A stretch of 64,000 nucleotides of DNA from a virus (IMGVR_UViG_3300031901_000001:3303-67302); one strand, 5' to 3'. Positions 1 through 9,432 are shown, counted from the first letter of the stretch. Translations and numbers: made by a program. The notes: generated by a model from the letters alone, not told the origin.

Positions 1-2
1 AG

Positions 3-1139
3 ACAGTCTCCATTAACTCGGTCCACTGGATTGAGTATGACATCACTATCCATAATACTAACGGTATCATCAAGATTTGGCTGGACGGGGTAATAACCTC
101 AATCAACCTTACCGGGCAGAATACTCGGGTTTCTTCGAACAACAGCTATAATCGTCTTTATAATACCTGTCGAGCAGCTTCAGGTTTCAGCCACGACTTT
201 ACCTTCGATCATCTTTATTTGTGGTGCTATACAGCCTCAGGCGGTAGCGAGACACCCGCATTGACTAACCCGATCATCGAAACTCAATGGGGAACGTCCG
301 ATGACTCGGTCGCATGGACCGTGGGCCTTCACGCTTGGCAAAACGAATACGAACTATTCACCTCAAACGCACCGGGCGCTAATCAGCTTGCTATTGTGCA
401 ATCCACCTGCGATGCTACTGGCAATCTTGATGCTATCGCCTTGATGCCCCAGGCGACGAGTGCGAGTGCGAAGTTCAAGGCAGTCGTGTATGCTGACAGC
501 TCAGGATCACCGGGTGCATTGCTCGCTACCGGTACTGAAGTCACCGGATGCACTTCCGGGACGCTTTTGAACTTGCCCTTCGGGTCATCCTTAGCGGTAA
601 CTCAAGGAACTGTGTATTGGATTGGTTATATCACGGATACTTCGGTATCGATCTCGGGGAATAGGAGATCGACCGGATACAAGAAAGCTAACACCTACGC
701 TTCGGGTCCGCCGTCTCCCGCGGGGAGCGGTTTCACCACAGGGCAAACGACCTGGGACTTCTTGGGTATCATGACGGGTATCACCACCCACTATACCCAA
801 ACGGATGCATTGTTGGCTTTGGACAACCTTGACTATAACTTCAGCGGCACGGTTAATCAGGAGGACCTGTTTGGTTTTCCGGCCTTGTCATCGACCCCGA
901 CCAATATCTACTCGATTGCGGTAAAGGGTCGAGTGGTAAAGACCGATGCCGGTATCCGAACTCTTGATATGAGAACCAAGTCAGGTGCGACTTCTAGCTC
1001 GGGTAACCTTACAGCATTGCAGCCATTGGTAACTTATAGTTATGTCTCCTCATACTTCCAGACTGATCCCAACACGGGTATAGCCTGGACGGGTGCAGGA
1101 GCGAACGCTGCGAAGCATGGCATTAAGGTAGCAAGCTGA
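3..1139 (+). CDS. Tail/virion protein, 5'-truncated; concanavalin-like beta domain with a DUF4082-like insertion; paralogue of 60524-61609
   Basis: Frame is open from nt 3 (TVSINSVHWIEYDITIH...FDHLYL). C-terminus DPNTGIAWTG..GIKVAS matches NPNTGLAWTG..GVKVQS of 60524-61609. Confidence 0.75.
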   Translation, partial: TVSINSVHWIEYDITIHNTNGIIKIWLDGVITSINLTGQNTRVSSNNSYNRLYNTCRAASGFSHDFTFDHLYLWCYTASGGSETPALTNPIIETQWGTSDDSVAWTVGLHAWQNEYELFTSNAPGANQLAIVQSTCDATGNLDAIALMPQATSASAKFKAVVYADSSGSPGALLATGTEVTGCTSGTLLNLPFGSSLAVTQGTVYWIGYITDTSVSISGNRRSTGYKKANTYASGPPSPAGSGFTTGQTTWDFLGIMTGITTHYTQTDALLALDNLDYNFSGTVNQEDLFGFPALSSTPTNIYSIAVKGRVVKTDAGIRTLDMRTKSGATSSSGNLTALQPLVTYSYVSSYFQTDPNTGIAWTGAGANAAKHGIKVAS

Positions 1140-1597
1140 TGGCCGTAGGAAACTTTACTTGGTTTAACCAAGCTCTCAAGAAGATCGCCGACGGGACGAT
1201 CAACATCAACGGCACTTCCTTCAAGGCGGTGCTGACAACGGTATCTCAGTCGATCGATAAAACCTTTGCCGGGACATCGACCAACTGTAGATACGCAGAC
1301 CTCACGGCTGAGCTAACAACAGCAAACGGCTATACCGCCGGCGGTGTTGCTTTAACGTCCGAGCTATTAACCCGTGCGGCAAATGTAGTCAAATGGACAG
1401 CTGATCCAATCTCCTGGTCTTTGAGCGGGGCTATCAACTTCAAGTATCTTATCATCTATGACGATGCTGCCACCAATAAAGACCTACTATGCTTCGTAGA
1501 CTTCGATGTTGGCGGATCTTCCAACATAACGGGTAACCCGCCATCCATAGTTATCACTCCTGACACCGCCGGTATTCTTTCCTGGAGTCAACCATGA
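1139..1597 (+). CDS. Conserved virion/tail-associated protein
   Basis: 152 aa, coupled start/stop; Y(T)AGG.AL and LIIYDD motifs typical of phage structural proteins. Confidence 0.7.
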   Translation: MAVGNFTWFNQALKKIADGTININGTSFKAVLTTVSQSIDKTFAGTSTNCRYADLTAELTTANGYTAGGVALTSELLTRAANVVKWTADPISWSLSGAINFKYLIIYDDAATNKDLLCFVDFDVGGSSNITGNPPSIVITPDTAGILSWSQP

Positions 1598-3444
1598 CCA
1601 CGTTTCTTGATCGAGTTAAGTTCACCGTATCGGGAACACCGGGAACTGGCGCTGTCACTCCCGGTTCTGCAGTATCTACTTTTCAGACGCCTTCTGGTGC
1701 GGGTGCTGTTTCGGGTGATGTACTCCCCATCACCTTTGTAGATGGTACAGCCTGGGAAGAGAGTTATTGCCTGTGGAATGGTACTACCCTTACTCGAACC
1801 TTGCTTCGATCCTCCACAGGATCACTGTTGTCTTTAACGTCCGCAGCTGTGGGTGGTGTTACCCTATTCGCTCAAGACTTACCCGTAAGATCAAGTAGCC
1901 TGGTATTTGTAGATCAGCAGGTATTAGGGTCGACCGCTGCAAGCGTAACCTTTTCTAATATCCCTCAGACTTATGAAGATCTGGTTATCGTTGTTGATGG
2001 TGGTAGTGTCCTGAATAACTCCGCTACTACTGCTGTTCTAGGTATCCAGTTTAACGGTGATACGGGAAACAACTACACTTACACCATGCTCGGGACCTAT
2101 GGTGCGGGAACGGGTTTCTCGAATAACTCGGGCGCTGCTAACTCCATGGGATTGGGTCTCAATGCAAGCGCGGGCACAGCCGGTGTTCCATTTAGCTTCA
2201 ACGAGATCGAGATAGCTAACTATCGGAGTTCGACTCGCAAGTCGGGTATCTGTCAATTCTCATCGATCCAGGGGAATGTCGGTATTTGCCAAGGAACAGC
2301 CTCTGGTAACTGGACAGGCACCGCCGCAATCACCTCTGTAACTATCGTTGACAGGAATGGAAACAACTTTGCTGTAGGCTCCAAATTCACTCTGTATGCA
2401 CGTGCCAAGTCCAATGGTGTCGGGTCGAACGATCCCACCCTTTACCTGATCCATGACCAAACGCTGGCAGCCACGGCTGCAACCTATGATGTCACTGACA
2501 TTCCACAGGGGTATGAAGACCTCATTGTGATGGTGGAGTCTCGCCAGAACACGGGTGCTGTTCAGGCGTTCAACGTCAGGCCAAACAACGATACTGGGGC
2601 GAACTACACAGCATACATTGAGAACAGGTTTGGTTCGGCGACCTTTACCGATCATTTCCGATTTGGTTGTTCGGAGGCCGCCACAGCTACGGCCAGTGTC
2701 TTTGCGCCCAATGAGGGTGTGATCTTTGGGTACTCGAAGACAAACCGCTACAAGGATTTTCAGAGTCACGGCTTCTACCCTTCCCAGTCCTTTGAGGATA
2801 GGTGCAGTGGTGTATGGCGCAGTAACTCTGCGATCACCTCTCTTCGACTGTATCCAGATGCCAACAGCTTCGACATTGGGACACGGATCCGTGTCTACGG
2901 GCGGAAGCCGAGTATTGCACTCGCCTCGTTCGGGAACATCTACACTGACAAGCAAAGCTTGAACGGCCTGGCTACCAAAACTCTCACTGTCCCGGCGGGT
3001 TACTCGACGCTGCGTCTTATCCTCAATGGCGCAACCCTCCAGGCAGCCCTACAAGACAATCCGGTAATCCGGGTCAATGGACTTTCAACCTCGATATATT
3101 CCACACAACGGCAATACGGGTTCGGTAGCACTAATACGGCGGACCAAGGATTGTCCGCCACTAGTTGGAGCGCACAACTGGCGGGGCTGCCCGGGACTAC
3201 TGCTCCTGCTAATTCGTCGGGGTTCATTGACCTGGAGATCTTCGATTATGCTAACTCTGTATTCAGGAAGACCGGCAAGTTTCACGGCCGTCAGCCCTTC
3301 AGCACTGGGTCGCCCGACTGCTACAACATGCAGGGTGCCCTTGAAGTTAACCTCACTTCCGCCATAACTTCAATATCCGTGGCTACGGGTAGCGGGGCTA
3401 ACTTCAAGGATGGTTCCACCGTTGAACTGATATTGCTGCCGTGA
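1594..3444 (+). CDS. Tail fibre/minor tail protein with three tandem ~170-aa repeats
   Basis: Gly/Ser/Thr-rich; repeats FSNIPQTYEDLVI, VTDIPQGYEDLIV, LTVPAGYSTLRL. Confidence 0.7.
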   Translation: MTTFLDRVKFTVSGTPGTGAVTPGSAVSTFQTPSGAGAVSGDVLPITFVDGTAWEESYCLWNGTTLTRTLLRSSTGSLLSLTSAAVGGVTLFAQDLPVRSSSLVFVDQQVLGSTAASVTFSNIPQTYEDLVIVVDGGSVLNNSATTAVLGIQFNGDTGNNYTYTMLGTYGAGTGFSNNSGAANSMGLGLNASAGTAGVPFSFNEIEIANYRSSTRKSGICQFSSIQGNVGICQGTASGNWTGTAAITSVTIVDRNGNNFAVGSKFTLYARAKSNGVGSNDPTLYLIHDQTLAATAATYDVTDIPQGYEDLIVMVESRQNTGAVQAFNVRPNNDTGANYTAYIENRFGSATFTDHFRFGCSEAATATASVFAPNEGVIFGYSKTNRYKDFQSHGFYPSQSFEDRCSGVWRSNSAITSLRLYPDANSFDIGTRIRVYGRKPSIALASFGNIYTDKQSLNGLATKTLTVPAGYSTLRLILNGATLQAALQDNPVIRVNGLSTSIYSTQRQYGFGSTNTADQGLSATSWSAQLAGLPGTTAPANSSGFIDLEIFDYANSVFRKTGKFHGRQPFSTGSPDCYNMQGALEVNLTSAITSISVATGSGANFKDGSTVELILLP

Positions 3445-3818
3445 TCTTTGGTGATAGCCCTTTAGGGACAACCCCCTTTGCATCTTGGGATGATGATGCG
3501 GGGTATAGGCCTGGAACGGTTACTGTAACCTTTACGGGGTTTCAGCCAGCGATCAGCGGCATCAGTCCTTTACGGGTTACTCAGCTCTTCAGAGAAACAA
3601 TGTATTCACCCAACCCCACGGTTAGGGTGACACAAGTCTTTCGTGAAGTCTTACGTGCCGCTGTCGTTCCGCCTGTTCGAGTTACCCAAGTGTTTAGGGA
3701 GAGTCACTATGGACCCGTAGCACCGCCGGTAAGAGTTACCCAAATCTTTCGTGAAGTTCTAAGAAGCTCATCCTTTACCCTTGATGTGGATGATAGCTTC
3801 ATAACCATCCTATGGTAA
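3441..3818 (+). CDS. Small repeat protein (4x RVTQxFRE), probably virion-associated
   Basis: GTG start overlapping upstream stop; four RVTQ(L/V/I)FRE repeats. Confidence 0.65.
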   Translation: MIFGDSPLGTTPFASWDDDAGYRPGTVTVTFTGFQPAISGISPLRVTQLFRETMYSPNPTVRVTQVFREVLRAAVVPPVRVTQVFRESHYGPVAPPVRVTQIFREVLRSSSFTLDVDDSFITILW

Positions 3819-3829
3819 CAGGAGGAAGT

Positions 3830-4081
3830 ATGTTTCAAAAATGGAAAGATCGATTGATCGATGAAGCAAGGAACTGGCATAAGTTCTGGTCCAATCGCCT
3901 TGCGATCCTGTGGGGCCTGATCGTCACCGCATTCTGGAATGACCCGACAGCACTGCAGGAGATCGTCAATGTTCTGCCTGAGTCGACCCGGGCGCTGCTG
4001 TCACCGATAGTGCTCGCGATTGTCGCAGGACTGCCGATCATCGTGCGCCTAGTGAAACAGAACAACCTCACGAGGGAGTAG
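3830..4081 (+). CDS. Holin (2 TM)
   Basis: SD GGAGG; two hydrophobic segments; basic C-terminus; directly upstream of endolysin. Confidence 0.75.
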   Translation: MFQKWKDRLIDEARNWHKFWSNRLAILWGLIVTAFWNDPTALQEIVNVLPESTRALLSPIVLAIVAGLPIIVRLVKQNNLTRE

Positions 4082-4084
4082 AGT

Positions 4085-4609
4085 ATGGCGATTATATGGC
4101 CAAAGCCGCTTCCCGCCTGGATTGAAGTGGCGATGAAGTATCGGGGGCTCCGGGAAATTCCGGGTAAGGCCCATGCCCCCAAGATCCAACTAATGCTCAA
4201 GAAACTCAAAGCCTGGTGGTCAGACGATGAGACACCCTGGTGCGGGGTGTTCGTTGGCTTCTGCCTCAAAGAGGTCGGGCTTGCTATCCCTAAGAACTGG
4301 ATGCGAGCTCGTGACTATGAAGGCTGGGGCATCGGTAAGTTGATTGATCCCATCCCGTTCGGTTCGGTATGCACAAAGACTCGAGTTGGTGGCGGTCACG
4401 TATTCTTTGCGGTTGCACAGACCCGTGACGGGCAAACAGTCTTCGGGTTGGGGGGTAATCAATCGAACATGGTCAACATTACGGCCTTCAAGCGGAAAGA
4501 CATCACCGCTGTTCGATGGCCGAGTGATACCTCAGCACCGGTGATGCAACTGCCTTTTGCTACGTCAGCAGAATTAGCAGCTGCATCCATCGGCGGGAGC
4601 GAGGCTTAA
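4085..4609 (+). CDS. Endolysin, TIGR02594-like NlpC/P60/CHAP peptidase
   Basis: [17 protein letters not shown] and GGHVFF..GGNQSN motifs (catalytic Cys/His). Confidence 0.85.
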   Translation: MAIIWPKPLPAWIEVAMKYRGLREIPGKAHAPKIQLMLKKLKAWWSDDETPWCGVFVGFCLKEVGLAIPKNWMRARDYEGWGIGKLIDPIPFGSVCTKTRVGGGHVFFAVAQTRDGQTVFGLGGNQSNMVNITAFKRKDITAVRWPSDTSAPVMQLPFATSAELAAASIGGSEA

Positions 4610-5337
4610 CGAAAATAGTTCTGATCATGGATGCGGCGTAATTCGTCTTGGGTGTAATCACCCCGACGCCTACGTTCTTCATCCCCACTATAGCCTCGCA
4701 TCTCATCAGTGAAGCGAGGTCTGCCCCGTCCCGGGAGTTGTAGTGATCCCATGCGATTTTCGGGCGGGGCTTCTTGCCAATCAAATTCGGGAAGCCTTTT
4801 CAATGTCGCTTCGATCAAGTCGATAGCGACCCCCGCATTTGTAATGATGTCTTTTTGGACATCGATCTCCCTCTCAAAGAAAATTTCCAGAGGATTTTTC
4901 CCTTCACCCTTATAGATCAATCGTGATTTTAATCTTTCCTGGACGGCGATCTCTCTTTCGGCCACAGGGATGCGGTCCCTTTCCGTGTGAAGCTTCCGGT
5001 TCAAGTTCTGAGATATTAACACGAAAGGGCGAGCGTTATTGAGCACCTCGACCCCATTGGTGTTGATCATCTCTTCAAAGCAAACGACAATGAAACGATC
5101 CACCTCTTCCTTGCTTCGTTCCTCCCTCTTGATCTTGCCATTGCGATCATAGTAAGCTCGCTTGTCCTCGTCGATCAAGGTCTCATAGGCTTCATTTAGC
5201 TTAGCGATCTTTTCTTCCGCCTTGGGGTCATCCGGGTTAAGATCGGGATGACACTCCATAGCCTTTCTTCGATAGGCTGACTTAATCTGCCTAATCGTCG
5301 CTGTGGTCTTCACCCCTAACAGCTCATAGAAATTCAT
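4606..5337 (-). CDS. DnaJ (J-domain) protein
   Basis: [38 protein letters not shown]: J-domain with HPD motif. Confidence 0.9.
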   Translation of the reverse strand: MNFYELLGVKTTATIRQIKSAYRRKAMECHPDLNPDDPKAEEKIAKLNEAYETLIDEDKRAYYDRNGKIKREERSKEEVDRFIVVCFEEMINTNGVEVLNNARPFVLISQNLNRKLHTERDRIPVAEREIAVQERLKSRLIYKGEGKNPLEIFFEREIDVQKDIITNAGVAIDLIEATLKRLPEFDWQEAPPENRMGSLQLPGRGRPRFTDEMRGYSGDEERRRRGDYTQDELRRIHDQNYFR

Positions 5338-5636
5338 TGTCCATTCTCCGAGTTGAGGCGCTCGACCTCAGCCTTGTTCTTGTCGATAGCATCCCATGTG
5401 GAGTTGAGCTTGCTACGACAATCATCGACCGTCTCGAACAACTGGGCCAACAAGACAGACGTTGCAGTCTCATCAGCAACCTTCCGCTTCTTCGGCGTTG
5501 TCTTGCATGATCGCAAACGTTCGTCCGGTTCGACTGATTGCAGCTTTGTTTTCGTGACGATCCTAATCCCCAGCTGGGGCCTTTCTTTCCCACAGGAGGC
5601 TAGTGTCAGGGCGATCAAGGGTAGAAAGTATCTCAT
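5334..5636 (-). CDS. Outer-membrane spanin (o-spanin, Rz1-like lipoprotein)
   Basis: Signal peptide with lipobox LASC; downstream of i-spanin. Confidence 0.7.
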   Translation of the reverse strand: MRYFLPLIALTLASCGKERPQLGIRIVTKTKLQSVEPDERLRSCKTTPKKRKVADETATSVLLAQLFETVDDCRSKLNSTWDAIDKNKAEVERLNSENGQ

Positions 5637-6025
5637 AACTTTCCTTTCATGTATTTTACTATTCTCTTGAACTCATGAAGCGACCCATTGCTCTTGAGCC
5701 AGTTAGCTCTCCAGCTTATTACCCGAACATTACCTCTCACGTAACCAAGGTCGTTGTCTATCCTATCAACGGTCGGGTAGTTATCTTCACTATAGTGAAC
5801 TTCAAACGTCAAGGGGATACCAAGGACGGGGCACTTATCAGGTATAACCAGGTCCTCTACGGTGAGATTAAAGCCCTGGCCTCTCATCCTAGATTTATTT
5901 TTGGTATTCTTCCAAAGATAATAACGAGGATCATGGGTTTTAAGGTATTCCCTACGTTTCTTCACCTGCCTACTTCGTTGCTCACCAGTTGTTCTTCGTC
6001 TCTTGATATTCCTTGCCGTGACCAT
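5633..6025 (-). CDS. HNH-type homing endonuclease
   Basis: CPVLGIPL..PTVDRIDNDLGYVRGNVRVISWRAN; paralogue of 17147-17632. Start reassigned to ATG 6025. Confidence 0.8.
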   Translation of the reverse strand: MVTARNIKRRRTTGEQRSRQVKKRREYLKTHDPRYYLWKNTKNKSRMRGQGFNLTVEDLVIPDKCPVLGIPLTFEVHYSEDNYPTVDRIDNDLGYVRGNVRVISWRANWLKSNGSLHEFKRIVKYMKGKL

Positions 6026-6027
6026 AT

Positions 6028-6459
6028 TCAGTCCCCCGACGGTGCCTTCCTGTCCCAGAGCAAGTCTAACGTCCGCTGGACAAGAGCAAAGTCGCACTTG
6101 TCAGAAGGAGCCGAGTTCGTGATGTCATGCTGGAGTTTTTCATAGAAATCTTCCCTTGCTGTGGCGAGCAAGTTTTCAGCATCGCCTATTGCCTTGTTGG
6201 TTTTCTGGAGATTACGATATTCGTTGGCAAGTCGCTCGTTCTCCTTGTTCGCATCAACCGCTTTCTCAAGTTCACCCTTGAGCTGAGTTGTTTGACGAGT
6301 TAAGGTGATCTTGTCGTCCTCGAGAGACTTGACGTAGTTGATATGGTTATAGATCGTTATGCCGATAACAACCAAGCAGATAATCGGTATAGCCCACCAT
6401 AGGATTGCCTTGATCTTATCCTTGGTGAACCACCCGAGCAATTTCAATGCCCAAGTCAT
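6028..6459 (-). CDS. Inner-membrane spanin (i-spanin, Rz-like)
   Basis: Single N-terminal TM, coiled coil, C-terminal Cys (SDKCDF). Confidence 0.7.
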   Translation of the reverse strand: MTWALKLLGWFTKDKIKAILWWAIPIICLVVIGITIYNHINYVKSLEDDKITLTRQTTQLKGELEKAVDANKENERLANEYRNLQKTNKAIGDAENLLATAREDFYEKLQHDITNSAPSDKCDFALVQRTLDLLWDRKAPSGD

Positions 6460-6854
6460 GATACCTCCTGTTTCTCGAATACTGTCCTAGCCCACTTGAC
6501 TAGGTCGGGGTCAGCTTTGTAGCCGGCATTTACCACCGTCACTATTCGCCCCGGGATGCCGGCTCGACGCATGAGCTTCCGGATGCGAGATACATGGATG
6601 TCGAAGATCTTGGGCTCGGGACCCCCATCATCCCGTTCGCCATAGATAAGTAAATGTAGTGAGTCACGGCTAACAATCGCCGGGGCTCGTTTGATCAAGA
6701 TGCCGAGGATACTCGCCTGCCTGTGGGTTATACCATGGCCGACGGACATTAATGCCCCCACTTCAGATGAACTGCCAGTCAAAGACTTTAGCTGTTCATC
6801 CTTAAGGGCCACCGTCTCCTCGAGCTGTTGTTCGCGGGTCAATTCGGTTGCCAC
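6456..6854 (-). CDS. OmpR/PhoB-type winged-helix protein without receiver domain (CtrA C-terminus-like)
   Basis: IVSRDSLHLLIYG..GPEPKIFDIHVSRIRK..IVTVVNAGY; GTG start at 6854 after SD GGAGGG. Confidence 0.8.
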   Translation of the reverse strand: MATELTREQQLEETVALKDEQLKSLTGSSSEVGALMSVGHGITHRQASILGILIKRAPAIVSRDSLHLLIYGERDDGGPEPKIFDIHVSRIRKLMRRAGIPGRIVTVVNAGYKADPDLVKWARTVFEKQEVS

Positions 6855-7032
6855 TATAAATGCCCTCCTTCCGGGGCATGATACCGTCCAGCAATGTGCC
6901 CAGTCAATACAGAGGCACATGAGGACGATTGCGTCAGCGTTCTGGCAGTTGAATTGATCGCGCAGGAAGCGCGTCAGGTGTAGCGATCAGCTCTAGTTGA
7001 TCATGTATCGCATCGACCTAGCGCAGCTACTG

Positions 7033-7065
7033 AAAAGCGCCCGGATCGTAATGACCCGGACGCTT
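7033..7065 (-). terminator. Rho-independent terminator
   Basis: Minus strand AAGCGTCCGGGTC-ATTAC-GATCCGGGCGCTT-TT downstream of the 7113-7454 gene. Confidence 0.65.
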
Positions 7066-7112
7066 ATCAAAGTTTCATCAGGAACCTCAAGGCCCTGGTC
7101 AGGCGAGAAGGA

Positions 7113-7454
7113 TCAGTCCTTGGACTTCTTCTTCTTGTCCTTCTTCTTGTCGCCCTTGCCGCTTTCCTTGTCGGCCTTCTTGGACTTGCCCTCATCGGAC
7201 TTCAGCTTGGCGGCGACTTCGTCGAGGTCACCCTTGGTGTTCCAGCCATAGCTCTTGCCGGCCTTGTCGATACCGGCGTTCCGCAGCTTGACGCGCACCG
7301 AGGCCGCCTCGATGCCCAGCTTTTCGGCCAGGTCGCTCACGCCATACTTGAACTCCGGCGCCGCAGCCTTCTCGGTCTTTTCCTTCTTGTCGGCCTTCGC
7401 AGCCTTGCCCTTGGTATCAGCCTTGGCGGCCTTTTCCTTCTTTTCCTTCGCCAT
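7113..7454 (-). CDS. Lys-rich small DNA-binding protein with a helix-turn-helix/W domain
   Basis: YGVSDLAEKLGIEAASVRVKLR..YGW flanked by K/A-rich tails. Confidence 0.8.
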   Translation of the reverse strand: MAKEKKEKAAKADTKGKAAKADKKEKTEKAAAPEFKYGVSDLAEKLGIEAASVRVKLRNAGIDKAGKSYGWNTKGDLDEVAAKLKSDEGKSKKADKESGKGDKKKDKKKKSKD

Positions 7455-7465
7455 GATAATTCTCC

Positions 7466-9007
7466 TCAGCGGTTGGTACGTTTCTTCAGACGATCGTAGA
7501 AGATGTTCGTGATCGACTGTTTTCTTGTTACACCGGTAAACAGATCAGTGTCAATAGAATTATCAGCCAGCAGTAAATAAAAATCTGCAGCCGTCGAATA
7601 AGTCAAGAAATTCAACCTAGCTAACATCTGTGAATAATCGATATAGGAATGCCCCATCGAATACACAAAGGCTTTCCTGGCACGATAAAGGTCAACGCCG
7701 ACGCCTCCGGTTTTTTGCTGACATACCATAACGTCGTATCGACCAGCTTGGAAATCTAAAAGCATCTGCGTCCTGACAGGATCGCGCTTCATATCCTTTA
7801 CCTTACCCCACAGTCTCGCGATGCTTCGTTTCGGCCATCCCAGTTCATTGAGCAATTCAGCTATAGCATGGACTTCCCAAACAAACTTGCAGAAGATCAC
7901 AAAGGGCTCATCATCAATATGTTCTTCGAGAGCCTCAATCAATGCGGCCTGCTTACCCCTGCCGACCCTGTGGACATTACCATCCTCGTCCTTAAGGAAA
8001 CCCCCGGTGATTTGCTGGAGCTTCCCCATTTGAACTATCTTGAGGGGGGTCTTAACGACAACTCCTTTATGTTTTACAACCATGTTCCGCTCGAGCTCAT
8101 CATAGACAGCTCGTTCTTTCTTGTGAAGCTTCACAGGTAACACTGTTACATTGGCCGGGATCAATCCTGCATCTTCTTCGGAGATCCGCATAGCATAAGG
8201 CGCAATCTTTTTGATAAACCTCTTACGGCCCTTTTTCGTTAGCGGTGCTTTCTTCCTTGCAATTCGTTGCTGAAGGATAGCCTTCTGTCGAGCAACCATG
8301 CCCCTTTTCTTTTCAATGTCGATCTTGACTTCAGCAACGTAATCTCTTTCCCAGGATGGAAAGCTGTCACCGAACACACCCACCTCCACAAAACGCATGA
8401 TAGCCCACAGGTCCTTTTCATCAAGGTCCATAGGCGTGCCGGTCAAGGCTAGTCGGCGTTTCGATACACGACCAAGTTTCCAAGCATTCTTGCTGCTGAT
8501 CGAGGTTCGGTTCTTCAGACGTTGAGCTTCATCGTAGATTGTTCGATCCCATTTGATCTTCAGCAAATCTTTGATGATGCTATCTACAGCTTCGTAGTTA
8601 AGCAGGAGTATTCGGTGGGGCGGATAGTTGAACGGTATTTCTTGTTTACCCGCCTCGATAAAAGACTTCAGGTCAAGGTGCACCGAGTACCAAGGTAGCT
8701 TCTCCGCCAGGAATTTTACCCAAGTGCTTTTTAAGTTCGTTTTTGGCCCAATCAGCAGAACGTCGTGGACGTCTTGTTTTTCCACGTCCAGTACTGCGCC
8801 CGTAACCCATGTCTTCCCCGAACGCTGCGCGAAGAGTGCGGCAAATCCACTTATAGAGCTTGCGGCCCTTACGCCTTTTACCTGATGAGGATGTAGCTGC
8901 TTTAACCAAGGCGATCGCTTGTGCGCTGCTTTCCACAATACACGCCACTGATCCTTCGTCACGCCACTCTTCGAGTGTTTGAAGTTGTAGTTCCGAAGGT
9001 TTCCCAT
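7466..9007 (-). CDS. SNF2-family helicase (start uncertain)
   Basis: LHPHQ Q-motif, QRSGKT Walker A variant, DEAQ, ALTGTP, GGVGVDL, QMLAR motifs. Confidence 0.9.
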   Translation of the reverse strand: MGNLRNYNFKHSKSGVTKDQWRVLWKAAHKRSPWLKQLHPHQVKGVRAASSISGFAALFAQRSGKTWVTGAVLDVEKQDVHDVLLIGPKTNLKSTWVKFLAEKLPWYSVHLDLKSFIEAGKQEIPFNYPPHRILLLNYEAVDSIIKDLLKIKWDRTIYDEAQRLKNRTSISSKNAWKLGRVSKRRLALTGTPMDLDEKDLWAIMRFVEVGVFGDSFPSWERDYVAEVKIDIEKKRGMVARQKAILQQRIARKKAPLTKKGRKRFIKKIAPYAMRISEEDAGLIPANVTVLPVKLHKKERAVYDELERNMVVKHKGVVVKTPLKIVQMGKLQQITGGFLKDEDGNVHRVGRGKQAALIEALEEHIDDEPFVIFCKFVWEVHAIAELLNELGWPKRSIARLWGKVKDMKRDPVRTQMLLDFQAGRYDVMVCQQKTGGVGVDLYRARKAFVYSMGHSYIDYSQMLARLNFLTYSTAADFYLLLADNSIDTDLFTGVTRKQSITNIFYDRLKKRTNR

Positions 9008-9182
9008 CAAGGGGGATTTTGACTTCGAATTTGAAGCTGACTGTTTCACATACGCCGTCGATGTCGGGCATACCCGCTTCCTGGAACCCCGACCCATGAA
9101 CCTTCCACCATTTCCCGCCACACTCACGCTTCAGGTCCTTCTTGATCTTCTGTTGAAGTCGGCTCTCGGCTTTCTTCGCCAT
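8673..9182 (-). CDS. VRR-NUC nuclease/resolvase
   Basis: ESRLQQKI..GMPD..FEVK..SELQ PD-(D/E)xK motif. Confidence 0.85.
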   Translation of the reverse strand: MAKKAESRLQQKIKKDLKRECGGKWWKVHGSGFQEAGMPDIDGVCETVSFKFEVKIPLDGKPSELQLQTLEEWRDEGSVACIVESSAQAIALVKAATSSSGKRRKGRKLYKWICRTLRAAFGEDMGYGRSTGRGKTRRPRRSADWAKNELKKHLGKIPGGEATLVLGAP

Positions 9183-9421
9183 TATTCCGGGTTCTTATAA
9201 CCGGGGAGAAAACGAACCCCGTGAGTATTGACTTTAGCAGGTCTCCACACAAGGCCGCACTCCTGACAAGCATGGGTATGATGCGGAACCTTCTCGAACT
9301 CAAGTTCATCGATATGCCTGTGCCCATTTGGGCAGAAAAGGATCATGGGTATTGTCTCGTAGTCATTACCCTTCTCAGTGAACAATAAGAAAGGGGGCTC
9401 CTGGGGTAATTCAGTGCTCAT
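9182..9421 (-). CDS. Small putative Zn-binding protein
   Basis: CPNGHRH and HACQEC motifs; SD AGGAGG. Confidence 0.7.
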   Translation of the reverse strand: MSTELPQEPPFLLFTEKGNDYETIPMILFCPNGHRHIDELEFEKVPHHTHACQECGLVWRPAKVNTHGVRFLPGYKNPE

Positions 9422-9432
9422 ATAATCCTCCT

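Noticed and set aside
7085-7110. CUGAUGA hammerhead-like core on the minus strand
   Set aside because: No stem II followed by GAAA; the adjacent hairpin is a terminator.
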